A stretch of DNA of 63,494 bases, counting the filler, from Octopus bimaculoides (Eukaryota): assembly GCF_001194135.2 (NCBI RefSeq). It is 9 parts of 9 records of this genome, joined end to end, with 100 filler letters (N's around TTAATTAATTAA, not from the genome) between each part and the next. Parts side by side here need not be neighbours in the genome. Positions count along the whole stretch, not along the records: positions 1 to 14,964 come from NC_068987.1; positions 15,065 to 25,765 come from NC_068985.1; 7 more parts are not named here. The stretch is one strand, 5' to 3'. A program made the translations under genes and the position numbers. Under the pieces are notes generated by a model. The model ran no database searches and was not told where the DNA came from. It saw only the letters and a program-made list of their open reading frames with translations. This document shows positions 10,672 through 22,235 of the stretch, piece by piece. Position 1 is the first letter of the stretch; each line of letters starts with the position of its first letter.

Positions 10672-11781
10672 TTTTTTTACCTAAATTTTAACATCATATC
10701 CTTCAAAATGGTCACTTTGTGCAGCAATACACATGTCCTAGCATTTTTGTCACTTTTGGAATCCAGCCTGGAAGTCGTTTTCTGTAAGGGAGTTGAGGAC
10801 CTTCTGCAATTTGCTCTGGATCTCAATAATGGTGTCAAAACAGCGACCTCTGAACTGCATTTTCATCTTGGGGAAGAGATGGAAGTCCACAGGTGTTAAA
10901 TCTGGTGAATACAGTGGGTGTGGAAGTGATATAATGTTTTTGGCAAGAAACTCACAAGTGAGGAGAGCTCAGTGACAGGGTGCATTGCTAATGTGAAGAA
11001 TCTAATTCTTCATGCTCTTGCTCTTCCATTGTGAGAACTGCTGCTTTGTCACAAGGTCATACCCATAGACCCAACTCTTGTCATCAGTGATAATCCTCAA
11101 CATGAAGGATGGGTCATCAGTGGCACACTGATGGAGATCTGGACAGACTTCGACATGATGTTCTTTCTGCTCAGTGGTTAGCAGGTGGAGGACAAACTTG
11201 GCAGAGACACACTGCATGTTCAATTCAAACTTTAGGATTGCTTGTATGGATCCATACGACAGACATATTTCATTGTCCTCCATTTATGAGAGACATAAAC
11301 AAGCTGATGAATTTTTTCCACATTTCTGGAGGTGATGCTCATGGCAGGTCTTCCAGATTGTTCATCGTCTTCTAAGGACATTCTTCCACTTTTGTGTTTT
11401 TGTGATCATGTGTATGCTGTAGTCTGCGATTTTGTTATGGACTTCAAAAGTGCTCTTACCACTCAAAACATTACTTATGACCCATTGCCTCATCACCGTA
11501 AGCTTGCCAAAACATGATCAATGTCCCTGTAGCAGACTTCCCAAGTTTAACGCAAAACTTCACATTGGCACTTTGTTCCAACTTCCTGTCCATAACAAAG
11601 TCGCAAACTACAGCATACACATGATCACAAAAACACAAATTGCAAAGTAAGCACAGCAATGTCACTTGACATACTGCCTCATGAAGGTCACTGCTAGTTC
11701 TCACCGCACATGCAACCGAGTGCTGCCAACTGTTGGCATGCTACAGAACTAGTTCGGGAACTTTTTTGATACCACCTCGTA
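10672..11781 (-). mobile_element. Mariner relic: frameshifted, internally deleted transposase with 5' TIR
   Basis: 5' end tacgaggtggtatcaaaaaagttcccgaact (TA-flanked). Peptide fragments MDRKLEQSANVKFCVKLGKS, SLEDDEQSGRP, IITDDKSWVYGYD, PHPLYSPDLTPVDFHLFP and CIAAQSDHFEG. Confidence 0.92.
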
Positions 11782-11983
11782 AACTGCTGCAGGAAAAAAA
11801 TGTGATTGTAGTGTGAACCAAGGGCCTGGTCCAAATGCTTGCAACAGAGCTAACTTTGCTAAAGACACCCAAGGTAAAGATAGTGGTATTAAAGATAGTA
11901 TAGTAACCCTACTACCTAAAGATATACTTATTTACAAGAAGCTGGACTGAGAGGCTTATTGAGAGTCAAATATGTTTTCCAGG

Positions 11984-11985
<2 letters not shown>

Positions 11986-12060
<75 letters not shown>
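11986..12060. repeat. (TA)n microsatellite
   Basis: Directly visible. Confidence 0.95.
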
Positions 12061-12063
<3 letters not shown>

Positions 12064-12248
12064 TCTGTGATGTTGTTTTAATTTAACCCCAGGTCAGACC
12101 TGACTATGCAGTCTTATCAAAAACATTCCCACTATGACTATTCAGTCTTTTTCCAGTGTGCAGTAATCCAAGATCACCTTGTCTAATATATCTTCTTTTT
12201 AAGATGGTAGGTGAGATTTGAGAGATTTGGTTGAGCAAATATGTAGAG

Positions 12249-12812
12249 CAGCATTTCCTAACCTATTTTTCCTGAGGCCCACTATAACTTTCCTGAAAAA
12301 TGTATGCCCCACTGGGGAATACATTAAATAAAGTTGTTGGAAAAAAAACAACAACTTTATTTTTATTATTTCGTCACAATTATTTAATACAAATGAATTC
12401 ACTGAGTACAAAAAAAGTACATTATCAACTTAGAAAAAGAAGTGATTCACTTTAATGAGAACCTTGTGCCTGGTGACTTTGGCAAATTTCACTGATTCAA
12501 AGAGACAAGTTTGTTTCAGCTGTAAGTTTTGTAATTTCAAGTTTGCTTCTCTTGGCTTAAAGAAAATCATCAACAGCATTAAAGCTACACTCAATCAAAT
12601 AAGACGTGAAGAAATGAATCAAAAGTTCCGTTGCTGAAATGACAGTGTTAGGGTATTTCTTTTCAACGTCATCACATAGCCACGTCTTGGTACTTTTCAT
12701 TTTGAACAAAATATTTACTGATTCTTTCGGATTAAATGATGGATCTCACTCACCATCACAATTTTCCCAGGCCCCCATCTCTGAGACAAATGTCTCATGT
12801 TGGAAATCACTG
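12249..12812 (-). mobile_element. Non-autonomous hAT-Charlie element with a transposase C-terminal remnant
   Basis: Perfect 8-bp TSD ATGTAGAG at 12241-12248 and 12813-12820. TIR-like ends cagcatttcctaacc/tgttggaaatcactg. The minus strand encodes LIHFFTSYLIECSFNAVDDFL*AKRSKLEIT, like the hAT dimerisation domain. Confidence 0.88.
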
Positions 12813-13144
12813 ATGTAGAGTCCTGAAAAATGATTTGCTTAACCACTGCAGACCCCACAATACTTACCAAATAAAGTGTAACAAAATCAGTTCTGACATA
12901 TGCAATGGAGACAGCATTAAATTAACATAGCCATCTATATATCATATTTAACAAATATACACCATTGAAATGCTGTGGGTTTTGTCTGAGAGAAAATCTC
13001 TTCGTCGATATGTTGTTAAAATATAACAGGTGGAAAATCTGCCTCAATGAATTCTGTTTGACCCGGACAAAAGTAGAAAAATGAACTTTAAAATGATAAT
13101 AAACATCATTATGTTATATTATGATTATGTTTTACTGTTCTTAC

Positions 13145-13233
13145 CTGATTCTGATGCTGTTACTTTTCTTGTTGGTAGAGACTCAATTACTTTCTTAGAT
13201 GTTGGTGGTGTACTCATTTCATTGCCAAAGATT
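13145..13233 (-). CDS. RNF181: RNF181-like exon (IFGNEMSTPPTSKKVIESLPTRKVTASES); most 5' exon found
   Basis: gtaag donor and weak aaag acceptor, 89 bp, phase 2/1, compatible with the next exon. PPxxKxVIExLP is typical of the segment upstream of the RING in RNF181. Confidence 0.8.
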
Positions 13234-13934
13234 CTTTTATTAGGAGTTAAAATAAAATTTATGTATAAATATTATTTAAATATAAAAAAAATTTATCCTA
13301 TTGAGGTTGACTTCTCCTTTCATCCTTCTGGAGGACCATAAAATAAGTAGTTTTCTAGAGGCCTCTATCAGTCAGGATGAAAGACAAAGTTGATCTTAAA
13401 AAAGAAATATGGAATGCTTCCCAAAAAACACAAATGCACAGGAGTCATGCTAATCTTCTATGTCATTTCAATATTAGAATATATACTGTTGAATTTAGAA
13501 CTGGGGTTGATTTACCCAACTAACCCTTCCCCAAATTCCATGCCTTGTGTCTATATTAGTAATCATTATTACCATTATCATACTCCACTTGGAAATAGGA
13601 AGGGCATCTGGTTGTAGAAAACACTGCCTACCACACTCTCACTTGGCCCATGCCAAGTATGGAAAAATAGATTTCATGATTTTCAAAAGTAATGTAATAT
13701 GGAAAGTTTTGGGGTAATATTGTATTTGTCAGGACTAATACAATTTGGCTGTCTATCACAGATGGTATATGTGGCTGTTCTTCATATTTGATTGAGAGTG
13801 CTAGCATCAATCAGTCAGCTGCTGTTTTGTCTAGAGCAAGCTGTTGGTCAATCTTTTACTGCTATCAGTACTTAATTTGGAAGGTCTGTTGAGGACTGAG
13901 ATATGTGGCACATTGCTATACTCAAGAAGACCCA

Positions 13935-14190
13935 CCTACCACAACAGCTGAAATCCCAAAACCAAGGTGCCATGAAAAAAGCATTGGTGTAGGTACCGGT
14001 ACCACATAAGAAGTATCCAGTACACTCTGTGGAGTGGTTGGTATCAGGAAGGGCATCCAGCTGTAGAAACCAAACCAAAACAGACTATGAAATCTGGTGC
14101 AACCCGTGGTCTTGCCAGTTCCTGTCAAGCCACCCAGCCCATGTTAGCATGGAAAAGACATTAAATGTAGTTGATGATGATGATGATGAT
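13935..14190 (+). mobile_element. SINE family R copy
   Basis: ggagtggttggtatcaggaagggcatccagctgtagaaac...cccatgttagcatggaaaagacattaaatg followed by (GAT)n. Confidence 0.7.
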
Positions 14191-14627
14191 GTTGATGATT
14201 ATCAAAGATTTTCCAACTGCATTTGCAGCACTTAATCGATCAATTTTTTGGCTGATATTAATCAATCAATTAGCTATTCTGTCCAAAGAAAACTGTTGGT
14301 TAAAATTTTGATGACAAGAGTACTTGATATGGAAAGTTCATTATTTTGTTTACTAAAGATTTCCCAACTGCATTTATGGCATTTGATTGCATTTGTTTTT
14401 TGCTGATGTCATTCAGTTTAATATTTATCAAATTTAATGTTTATTGAAGATTTCTAAACTGGAAACAATGCACCAAATTTTCAAATTTTAGGCAGGGACC
14501 TGTTACATGTCTGTATAAGTTGCTGTAACTTATTCAGTTGTAGATTATACTTTTTGACAAGCATATTTTCTTCATATCTCTTAATAAACATATTTTCATT
14601 AAATACAGATGAAGACTTTATCTTCAA

Positions 14628-14964
14628 CTAGCAGTATAACCCGACGTTGTCTGGGTGTGACTTATTACGCCATCTACGATAAGTCTTGCTAGGTGAAAAT
14701 CAACTAAAAAAGAAAGCCTTACAATGAAAAAACCCATATGATGTAAATATGTTCATAATTCAAAAGATGAAATTAATAGGGAAAGTCTGAAGGCTGTTTT
14801 GTGTAACATTATTAAGTGTACGTAAATTTCATCCGTCTAATTGGCTATACAAATGCTTGTGCAAAACAACTTTTTGCGCTGCCTTGATTATACATAGCAG
14901 GGTAATTCCTTTTCGCAGGAGGTAGGATGGCGATTTCTGATGAAGCAATTGCTGGCGATCTGTT
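14628..14964 (-). mobile_element. Helitron-like non-autonomous element, 3' end (cut by the linker)
   Basis: Near-identical reverse complement of 62665-63000. It ends in hairpin ccc(a/g)gacaacgtcggg, then CTAG followed by T. Confidence 0.75.
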
Positions 14965-15064
14965 NNNNNNNNNNNNNNNNNNNNNNNNNNNNNNNNNNNN
15001 NNNNNNNNTTAATTAATTAANNNNNNNNNNNNNNNNNNNNNNNNNNNNNNNNNNNNNNNNNNNN
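14965..15064. other. Artificial 100-bp linker (44N-TTAATTAATTAA-44N)
   Basis: Same layout at eight sites; the 12-mer gives stop codons in all six frames. Confidence 0.95.
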
Positions 15065-15099
15065 TATGCAAGTACATCTCCGTAATTATAATTAAATAA

Positions 15100-15330
15100 T
15101 GCGGAAACAGGCAGAATCATTAACGCATCGGACGAAATCCTTAACGGCTTTTCCTCCCGCTCTTTACGTTCTGAGCTCAAATTCACTGAGGTCAACTTTG
15201 CCTTTTATATTTTCAAGGTCGACAAAATACTGAAGTACCAGTCAAGTACCGAAGTCGATGTAATCGATTTTCTCCCTCCCCGCAGAATTCCTAACTTTGA
15301 GCTAAAATTAGAAAGAATTATTATTATTAA
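15100..15330 (+). mobile_element. SINE family B copy
   Basis: ggcagaatcattaacgc...gagctcaaattc...gtcaactttgcc...(att)n tail. Confidence 0.75.
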
Positions 15331-16004
15331 ATAAAATTTGTGACAATTTGTGAATATCTGTTATTCGAATTTAAAGAAAAATACATACTCATTCTGATCT
15401 TCCATGAATATACAATACATGCACAGAAACAAAACCAGGTACAAAAAAGAAGGTTAGGAGCAAAACAGATTTATCTCGTTTCATTCAATTAACGCATGTG
15501 CACAAAGGAACCAACGTCATTTCCGTCAAAATGCTGCCATTGATAAATTTCTGCATTTTGGCTTTCAAAAGATATCATTGGACTTTCATTAATATTTCAT
15601 TACACTATCATAAACTTTGTCTTTATCAATATTTACGCTTTGCTTTCCAGGTCCCATTCTTCACTTTCTCTTATGAACTTCAATTAATATTTGTTTCTAT
15701 CTTCTTTCACTTTGCTCTCACATTCAATTAGTATTTCTCTTCTTCTTTGCACGGATGTTTCACTGATATCTCTCGCTTACTCTGCACTGTTAATATACTG
15801 TTCATCTCATTCCTAAGACACAACATTAAACAAAATATTTTCAACCAATCCAGTATAAGAACACAAATCTGACTGTCATTTATATGACTCTTTAATACTT
15901 TGCGTACCAAACCCATTTTGCGCCATATTTTCTTTTGTACCAGCTGTCTAATTTTGTTATAAATTATGCTTGCTTTTTTTCTTCAATTTTTTACCATATT
16001 AGGC

Positions 16005-16215
16005 ACCAGCGTCGCTGTGTGGTAAGACACATCTTAACCACATGGTTCCAGATTCAGTCCCATTGCGGGGCCGACCAAAGCTTTGTGGATGGAGTTGGTT
16101 TACTGAAACTGAAAGAAGCCTGTCGTATATATGTGTGGGTGGGGAGCTTGTACCCTACCACCGCTTGACACCCGGTGTTAGTGTGTTTACGTCCCCACAA
16201 GAACGGTACAAAAAG
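16005..16215 (+). mobile_element. SINE family A copy (partial)
   Basis: A/B-box head cgctgtgtggtaag...gattcagtccc, then gggccgaccaaagctttgtg...gaaactgaaagaagcctgtcg. Confidence 0.75.
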
Positions 16216-16745
16216 TCGGGTTCAAATGCAGCAGCAGCAACAGGGTAGGGGGTGGGGCTGAAGGAAGGGTCATAATGCTACTAAGAACAATGACACACAC
16301 ACACACACAGACGCATGCGCATCATAGAAGAACAGACTGGAATAAGCGGAGCAAGAGCACACACGAAGACGGAATGTGTCGCTGCAGAGGTCACAGATGT
16401 GTAACGAAAGATTTCCGGATGATGGACATGAGTTAGAATAAGAAGAGTAATAAATGAGTGAAGAACGAGTATATAGTGCGTGTGTTTATTTGGCAAAAAA
16501 AGAAGACGACTATATATATATTTCAACACACGACATCACACCAGGAATCATGCAACACAAATTCATAAACGTATATATATATAATGCTTAGCGGGATTTC
16601 GTTTGCCTTTACGTTCTGAGTTCAAATGCCGCCGGGGTTGACTTTNNNNNNNNNNNNNNNNNNNNNNNNNNNNNNNNNNNNNNNNNNNNNNNNNNNNNNN
16701 NNNNNNNNNNNNNNNNNNNNNNNNNNNNNNNNNNNNNNNNNNNNN

Positions 16746-17573
16746 TTTTATCGCCTTCAAAGTATTCTCCATTTGAAGCAATGCATTGGTCCAGACGCAT
16801 TTTCCAGTGTTCGAATCGGTGCTGGAACTTATGCGAAGTGATGCCTTTTAATGCCTCCGGCCTTTTTTGTTTTGGGGTTGTTTCTTTTTTCGCCTCTTTC
16901 ACATCTGAAAATTCTGTAGCAGCAGCTTTCGTCACCAGTGATGACCTTCGAAAAAAGCTTTCAGTTACGACACGCATTCAGTCATGACTGCTTTTGATCT
17001 TCCGTGTGCAAGCTAGGCACAAATTTTGCTGCAACTATTTTCATTCGCAATTCCTGTCTCAAAATTCGTTGACAGCAGTTCCAGGACACACCAGCCATAT
17101 CAACAAATTCGTCAATTGTTCGGTGATGGTCCTTCAAGATCAGTTCATTAATTTTCATGCTTTCATTCGTTCGGGAGGTCGACGGACGCCACGAACAAGG
17201 TTGGTCTTCAAGCGACAAGTGACCATTCCTAAAGCGTGAAAACCATTCGTAAATTTGTGTTTTGCTCACAACAGCGTCCGTGTGAGCTTTTACAAACATG
17301 ACAACAGTTTCGCTCGCCTTTTTTCCCCAGCAGAAAACAGAATTTCACAGAAGCACGCTCATCCTTCGTTTCAGCCGTCGCAAAAATCGACGAACAGAGG
17401 AGAAGCACTGCAAAATCACGATGCACTACATGGAAGTAGGACTACACTTGATGACGCCGGTAGCATACTGATGCCTGAGGGTCGCATCAAGTGGCTTTTA
17501 ACGACGGAAGCCTGAACTATAACTGGCTTGTTCTACAGAAAACGTTTCCGTTTGCTTTTGGGTACTCCTCGTA
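16746..17573 (-). mobile_element. Mariner relic, internally deleted
   Basis: 5' TIR tacgaggagtacccaaaagcaaacggaa. Peptide fragments ERASVKFCFLLGK, YEWFSRFRNG, AAKFVP, VITGDE, then directly HWKMRLDQCIASNGEYFEGDK. Confidence 0.92.
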
Positions 17574-17616
17574 TATTGTTATATATATGTGCGTGTGATT
17601 TCTGTCATATACATTC

Positions 17617-17895
17617 GGCTCACGATCAAAAGATTATGATTTCGATTCCAGGCGGTGCGTTGTGTCCTTGAGCAAGGCACTTTATTTCATGTTGCCCCAG
17701 TCTACTCGGCTGGCAAAAATGAGTTGTACCTGTAATTCAAAGGACCAGCTTTGTCACATTCTGTGTCACGCTGAATCTCACTTAAGGGTACACGCGTCTG
17801 TGGTGTACTCAGCCACTTGCACAATAATTTCACGAGCAGGCTGTTCCGTTGATCTGATCAACGGGAATCTCGTCGTCGTAACCGACGTAGTGCCA
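17617..17895 (+). mobile_element. SINE family C copy
   Basis: tRNA-like B box tttcgattcc, then gttgtgtccttgagcaaggcac. Homologous to 21250-21535. Confidence 0.7.
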
Positions 17896-18792
17896 GTATT
17901 AACATAAGCAGATAGTTGTTCAGTTCATTAATGATCATTTAGACTAATCATGACCGAAACCGACGGTGATCCACTTCTCATTTTGTTTTACTCTTTTTCT
18001 TTGCTTTTGTTTTCCTTTTGGTTTTTAGATTTCTTTTATTAGTTTTGTTTGCTGGGGTTTTTTCTTCTTTTTTTTTGTTACAAGTTTGACTCGAAATTTT
18101 GAAGTAATGACATTACTTTGAAGATTTTCTGGTAATCATAACATTTTATATGAATCATGATATAATTTTTGGAAACATTTCGCTTTTATATATCAAAGTT
18201 GTAGCGGAGCTAAATATATAACTGTTTTTGCTAAACGGAATAATAAACACAAGGTGAAATTATTGGCGGAACATCAAGAATTAAAATCTGTCAGGAAAAA
18301 CCATAATTCTTGTTTGGAAAAAAAAATCGTGATAACCAATCNNNNNNNNNNNNNNNNNNNNNNNNNNNNNNNNNNNNNNNNNNNNNNNNNNNNNNNNNNN
18401 NNNNNNNNNNNNNNNNNNNNNNNNNNNNNNNNNNNNNNNNNNNNNNNNNNNNNNNNNNNNNNNNNNNNNNNNNNNNNNNNNNNNNNNNNNNNNNNNNNNN
18501 NNNNNNNNNNNNNNNNNNNNNNNNNNNNNNNNNNNNNNNNNNNNNNNNNNNNNNNNNNNNNNNNNNNNNNNNNNNNNNNNNNNNNNNNNNNNNNNNNNNN
18601 NNNNNNNNNNNNNNNNNNNNNNNNNNNNNNNNNNNNNNNNNNNNNNNNNNNNNNNNNNNNNNNNNNNNNNNNNNNNNNNNNNNNNNNNNNNNNNNNNNNN
18701 NNNNNNNNNNNNNNNNNNNNNNNNNNNNNNNNNNNNNNNNNNNNNNNNNNNNNNNNNNNNNNNNNNNNNNNNNNNNNNNNNNNNNNNNNNNN

Positions 18793-18890
18793 GAGGAGGA
18801 AGAGTATGAAGGAAAAGGTGGAGGAGGAAGGAAGAGTATGAAGGAAAAGGTGGAAGAGGAAGGAAGGGTATGAAGGAAAAGGCGGAGGAA
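18793..18890. repeat. Purine-rich 32-bp tandem repeat (extends into the N gap)
   Basis: gtatgaaggaaaagg recurs at 18804, 18836 and 18868. Confidence 0.85.
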
Positions 18891-19411
18891 AAGGCAGTTG
18901 ATGTGGAACAGACCTGTCCATTTTCTTGACTTTTCCAATTTTTGACAGGTGTCCAAAAACAGTCGTGTGAGATGTTTGGAGTTCTGATGAAAGTATTTTC
19001 GAACCTTTGTTCTCGGATTTTGTTCAACCAAAGCATTTAATCCATCATTCCGAATAACTGATTTTGGCCTACACCTTCGTTTATTTTCAAGGCTATCAAC
19101 TCCTGAACGAGAGCTTTGGAACTATCTCTGAACAGTTCTGATGTCAACGAAACCATTACCAAAGGTCTCCTTGATATTCCGTAGAGCTTCTGCGGCAGAG
19201 TGACCCAGTTTGTACTCATACGAGAAAATCACTCAACATAGTTTGGTTGTTATCATTTTCATAAGGTCTGTGGGTACGAATTTTGTATACCAATATTGTT
19301 GGGAAAGAAAATGAGTCAAGATTAAATGCAAGGTATACATAATTGAGTTTTTAAATGACTGAAATAACAAGTAATTAAGAATGCGACATTTCATGTGAAA
19401 CAACCTAATTA
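18885..19411 (-). mobile_element. Mariner 5' half, Hsmar1/cecropia-like
   Basis: End attaggttgtttcacatgaaatgtcgc. Peptide VIFSYEYKLGHSAAEALRNIKETFGNG..TVQR*F..SLENK..RPK..LVEQNP..KIGKVKKMDRSVPHQL. Confidence 0.85.
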
Positions 19412-19444
19412 TAAAAACTGGTTAGTCCACGTTACTCTGTAAGG

Positions 19445-19650
19445 AGCATAGTTTCCCCGTTTCTCTGGCGTATATATTCCTCCCTGAACGGAACACCGGT
19501 CCGTCATACAATCACTCATTCTTACCAGTTGGGTGGCCTGGAGCAACGTAAAATGAGATGTTTTGCTCAAGAACACAACGCATCGCCTGGTCCAGCAATC
19601 GAAACTACAATCTTACGATCATGAGTCCAACACCCTAACTACTAAGCCTC
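19445..19650 (-). mobile_element. SINE with a family C-like tRNA head and a different tail
   Basis: Reverse complement reads ggcttagtagttagggtgttggactcatgatcgtaagattgtagtttcgattg...gttgtgttcttgagcaa. Confidence 0.6.
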
Positions 19651-20805
19651 CACAAACACCTGGGTAACAGAAACTAAACCTCGCGTCTGATAAACCGTTC
19701 GGAATAAATTGGGTGGAAATATTGCTGACAAATATCTTAGAAAATTGTAGAAAATGTAAACTTTTGTCAAAAACAGTGTGCAACTAACTTTAATCAAATT
19801 CGTCAAGTATACTGAAATTCTATTTCTATGTTCTGACTGATTCTCGATGAAGTTTGAGTTCTGAAGTGATCTGAAGTTTCAGTTGGAGACAAAAAGGCAT
19901 GCACGTCCCAGATTTTAAATAAAGAGACGACGAAAATATTCCAAGTCTATTGAAAACCATATCTTTTCACTGAAAAGACCTTGACACCAGTTCTAATAGC
20001 AGAGCCATTGAAATTCCGTGTAATTGATTTATGGCTGAAAACTGGCTGCCACTAAACATTACCAAAATGTTGCATGCAATACTTCCAGACTTCATTAGCG
20101 CCAAAATCTAGGCATGCAAATGAACAAAATAGTCTCATGTTTTTAAATATCGTGTTTCTTTGAACAAATATTTTTCTATGAATTTATTGTTGTCATATTT
20201 TTTAAAATTTCGCCTCGAAATCTACAATATGTACTCAGCTCAGAAATTTGAAAATTATTTTGTGATAAATTATCTAAAGTTTTAATAGTAATGGCTGGCG
20301 AGCTATTAGTACGCTTTTTTAAGAGACGGAAGTTTCAACGAAAAATAAATTAACATTTTTCTTTGAATAGAATGAGGAACAGTAGCTTGCAGACATAGTT
20401 TGTATGTAAATTGATAATAGATTGCATGCAAAGAAATATTATTTTAATTCTGAAATAAAGAAGCTAGACTTTAAGAAAAACATTTCACTCATTTTAAAAA
20501 CACCGTACTAAATAAATATCTGTTTGATTTAAAATACTATCCAATTTTAAAGTATCTCCTTTTATAATTCCATTATTATTTATGATGCTTTAAAGATAAA
20601 TAAATTGTTCCTAGTCATTGATATACTTTATTAATACCTGAAGAGTAGAAGACAAATATGACAGCGGTGAAATTTGAACTTTGAACGCAGTGAGCCGTAA
20701 TAAGACAATGATAGTCATTCTACCAGCACTTCTGTTGTCAGGTCCATCTATCGAACTTAGACTAAATTATGGATGCGTACTTTTAATAAAATAATGGTTT
20801 CAAAT

Positions 20806-21212
20806 TTTGCCACTAGGGCAGCCATTTGGTGGGGGGATGAGTCGATTACATCGACCCCGGTGCTCAAATGATACTTATTTTATCGATCTCGAGAGGATGA
20901 AAGGCAAAGTCGACCTCGGCAGAATTTGAACTCAGAACGTAACGACAGACGAAATACTGCTAAGCATTTCGCCCGGCGTGCTAACGAGTCTGCCTTATAT
21001 ACTATTAATTTCTTTATTGCTTATAGGGGACTAAATAAAGACAGACAAAGGGATTAAGTTGATTGCATCGACCCCAGTGTGTAACTGGTACTTAATTTAT
21101 CGACTCCGAAAGGATGAAAGGCAAAATCGACCTCGGCGGAAATTGAACTCAGACAAAATACCACTAAACATTTCGCCCAGCGTGCTAACCTTTCTGCCAG
21201 CTCGCCGCCTTA
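20806..21212 (-). mobile_element. Two tandem SINE B copies with CpGs intact
   Basis: gaaaggcaaa.tcgacctcggc.gaa.ttgaactcaga occurs twice. Confidence 0.85.
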
Positions 21213-21249
21213 TATACTGGTTATAATAAAGAATATATTCAACTGTTTT

Positions 21250-21535
21250 GGCTCAGTGGTTTGGGTTCGATTCTCGTTGGCGTATTGTGCCCTTGAGCAA
21301 GACAATTTTATTCACGTTGCTCCAGTTCACACAACTGACAAAAATGAGTAGTACAAGTAAATCAAAAGGGTCAGCCTTATCACATTCTGTGCCACGCTGA
21401 AACTCCCTGAGAGCTACGTTGAGGGTACGCTCGTCTGCCGAAGAATCCTCAACCACTTGGACGTTAATATTACGAACAGGTTATTCCATTGATCAGATCA
21501 TCTGGAACACTCGTCATCTTAACCGACAGACTGCC
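21250..21535 (+). mobile_element. SINE family C copy
   Basis: gggttcgattctc...attgtgcccttgagcaagac...; homologous to 17617-17895. Confidence 0.7.
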
Positions 21536-21934
21536 AATCTTATTCCTGTGAAAACTCCAGGAAACCAATTCCAGGAAATTAAAAATTTGTTCGTTGAGAC
21601 AACAACAATAATCGACTGTATTACTTTAATTTTATTGTTTTACAAAATCAATGGAATTATATTTTGTAGAAGCAAGTGTAAACAAGCAGTGAAATGTCCA
21701 AAAGGAAAGAGAAAAAAATCAAATAATATGTTTATTTAATCAGACTGAATTACTGTCGAAGTTAAATCATAGCTAAGAGCGATAATACCAAATAAAACAG
21801 CATGTTATGTATATTGATGACTGCTTTCGAATGCCATAGACGACGAAACTTCGAAGTCGCTGTCAGCCTTTTCTCTGTACTAATACATACCGAATAATCG
21901 TTAAATCGAAGTTTTAGTGTTTTTATGTATAACG

Positions 21935-22235
21935 CAGGAATGGCTCAGTAGTAAGAAACTTGCTGTCCAACCACACGGTTCTGGGTTCAGTCCCACTGCG
22001 TGGCACCTTGGCCAAGTGAGTAGATTTGGTAGACAGAAACTGAAAGAAGCCCATCGTATGCATTTGTGTATTTGTGTTTGTTCCCTCACAGTCGATGTTG
22101 GTGAGTTTACATCTCCGTAACTTAGTGGTTCTGCAAAACGGACCGATAAAATAAGTCCTGGAGTCGATTTCTTCGACTAAAAGCGCTGCTCCAGCATGGC
22201 CGCAGTCAAATGACTAACCATGAAAAGAATAAACT
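21935..22235 (+). mobile_element. Near full-length SINE family A copy
   Basis: A box tggctcagtagt, B box ggttcagtccc, core, and tail gctccagcatggccgcagtcaaatgact. Confidence 0.85.

Noticed and set aside
15009-15020. TTAATTAATTAA as a biological motif or piggyBac target
   Set aside because: It is always centred in exactly 44+44 Ns, so it is an assembly or concatenation spacer.
15389-15405. ATG GAA GAT CAG AAT GA|gtatgt as RNF181 exon 1 (the phase would fit)
   Set aside because: It lies across an artificial linker and has no similarity to the conserved RNF181 N-terminus; probably chance.
21814-21864. UUGAUGA...GAAACTTCGAAGTC hammerhead-like words
   Set aside because: C3 is missing, there is no stem II pairing, and stem I cannot form adjacent to the core.
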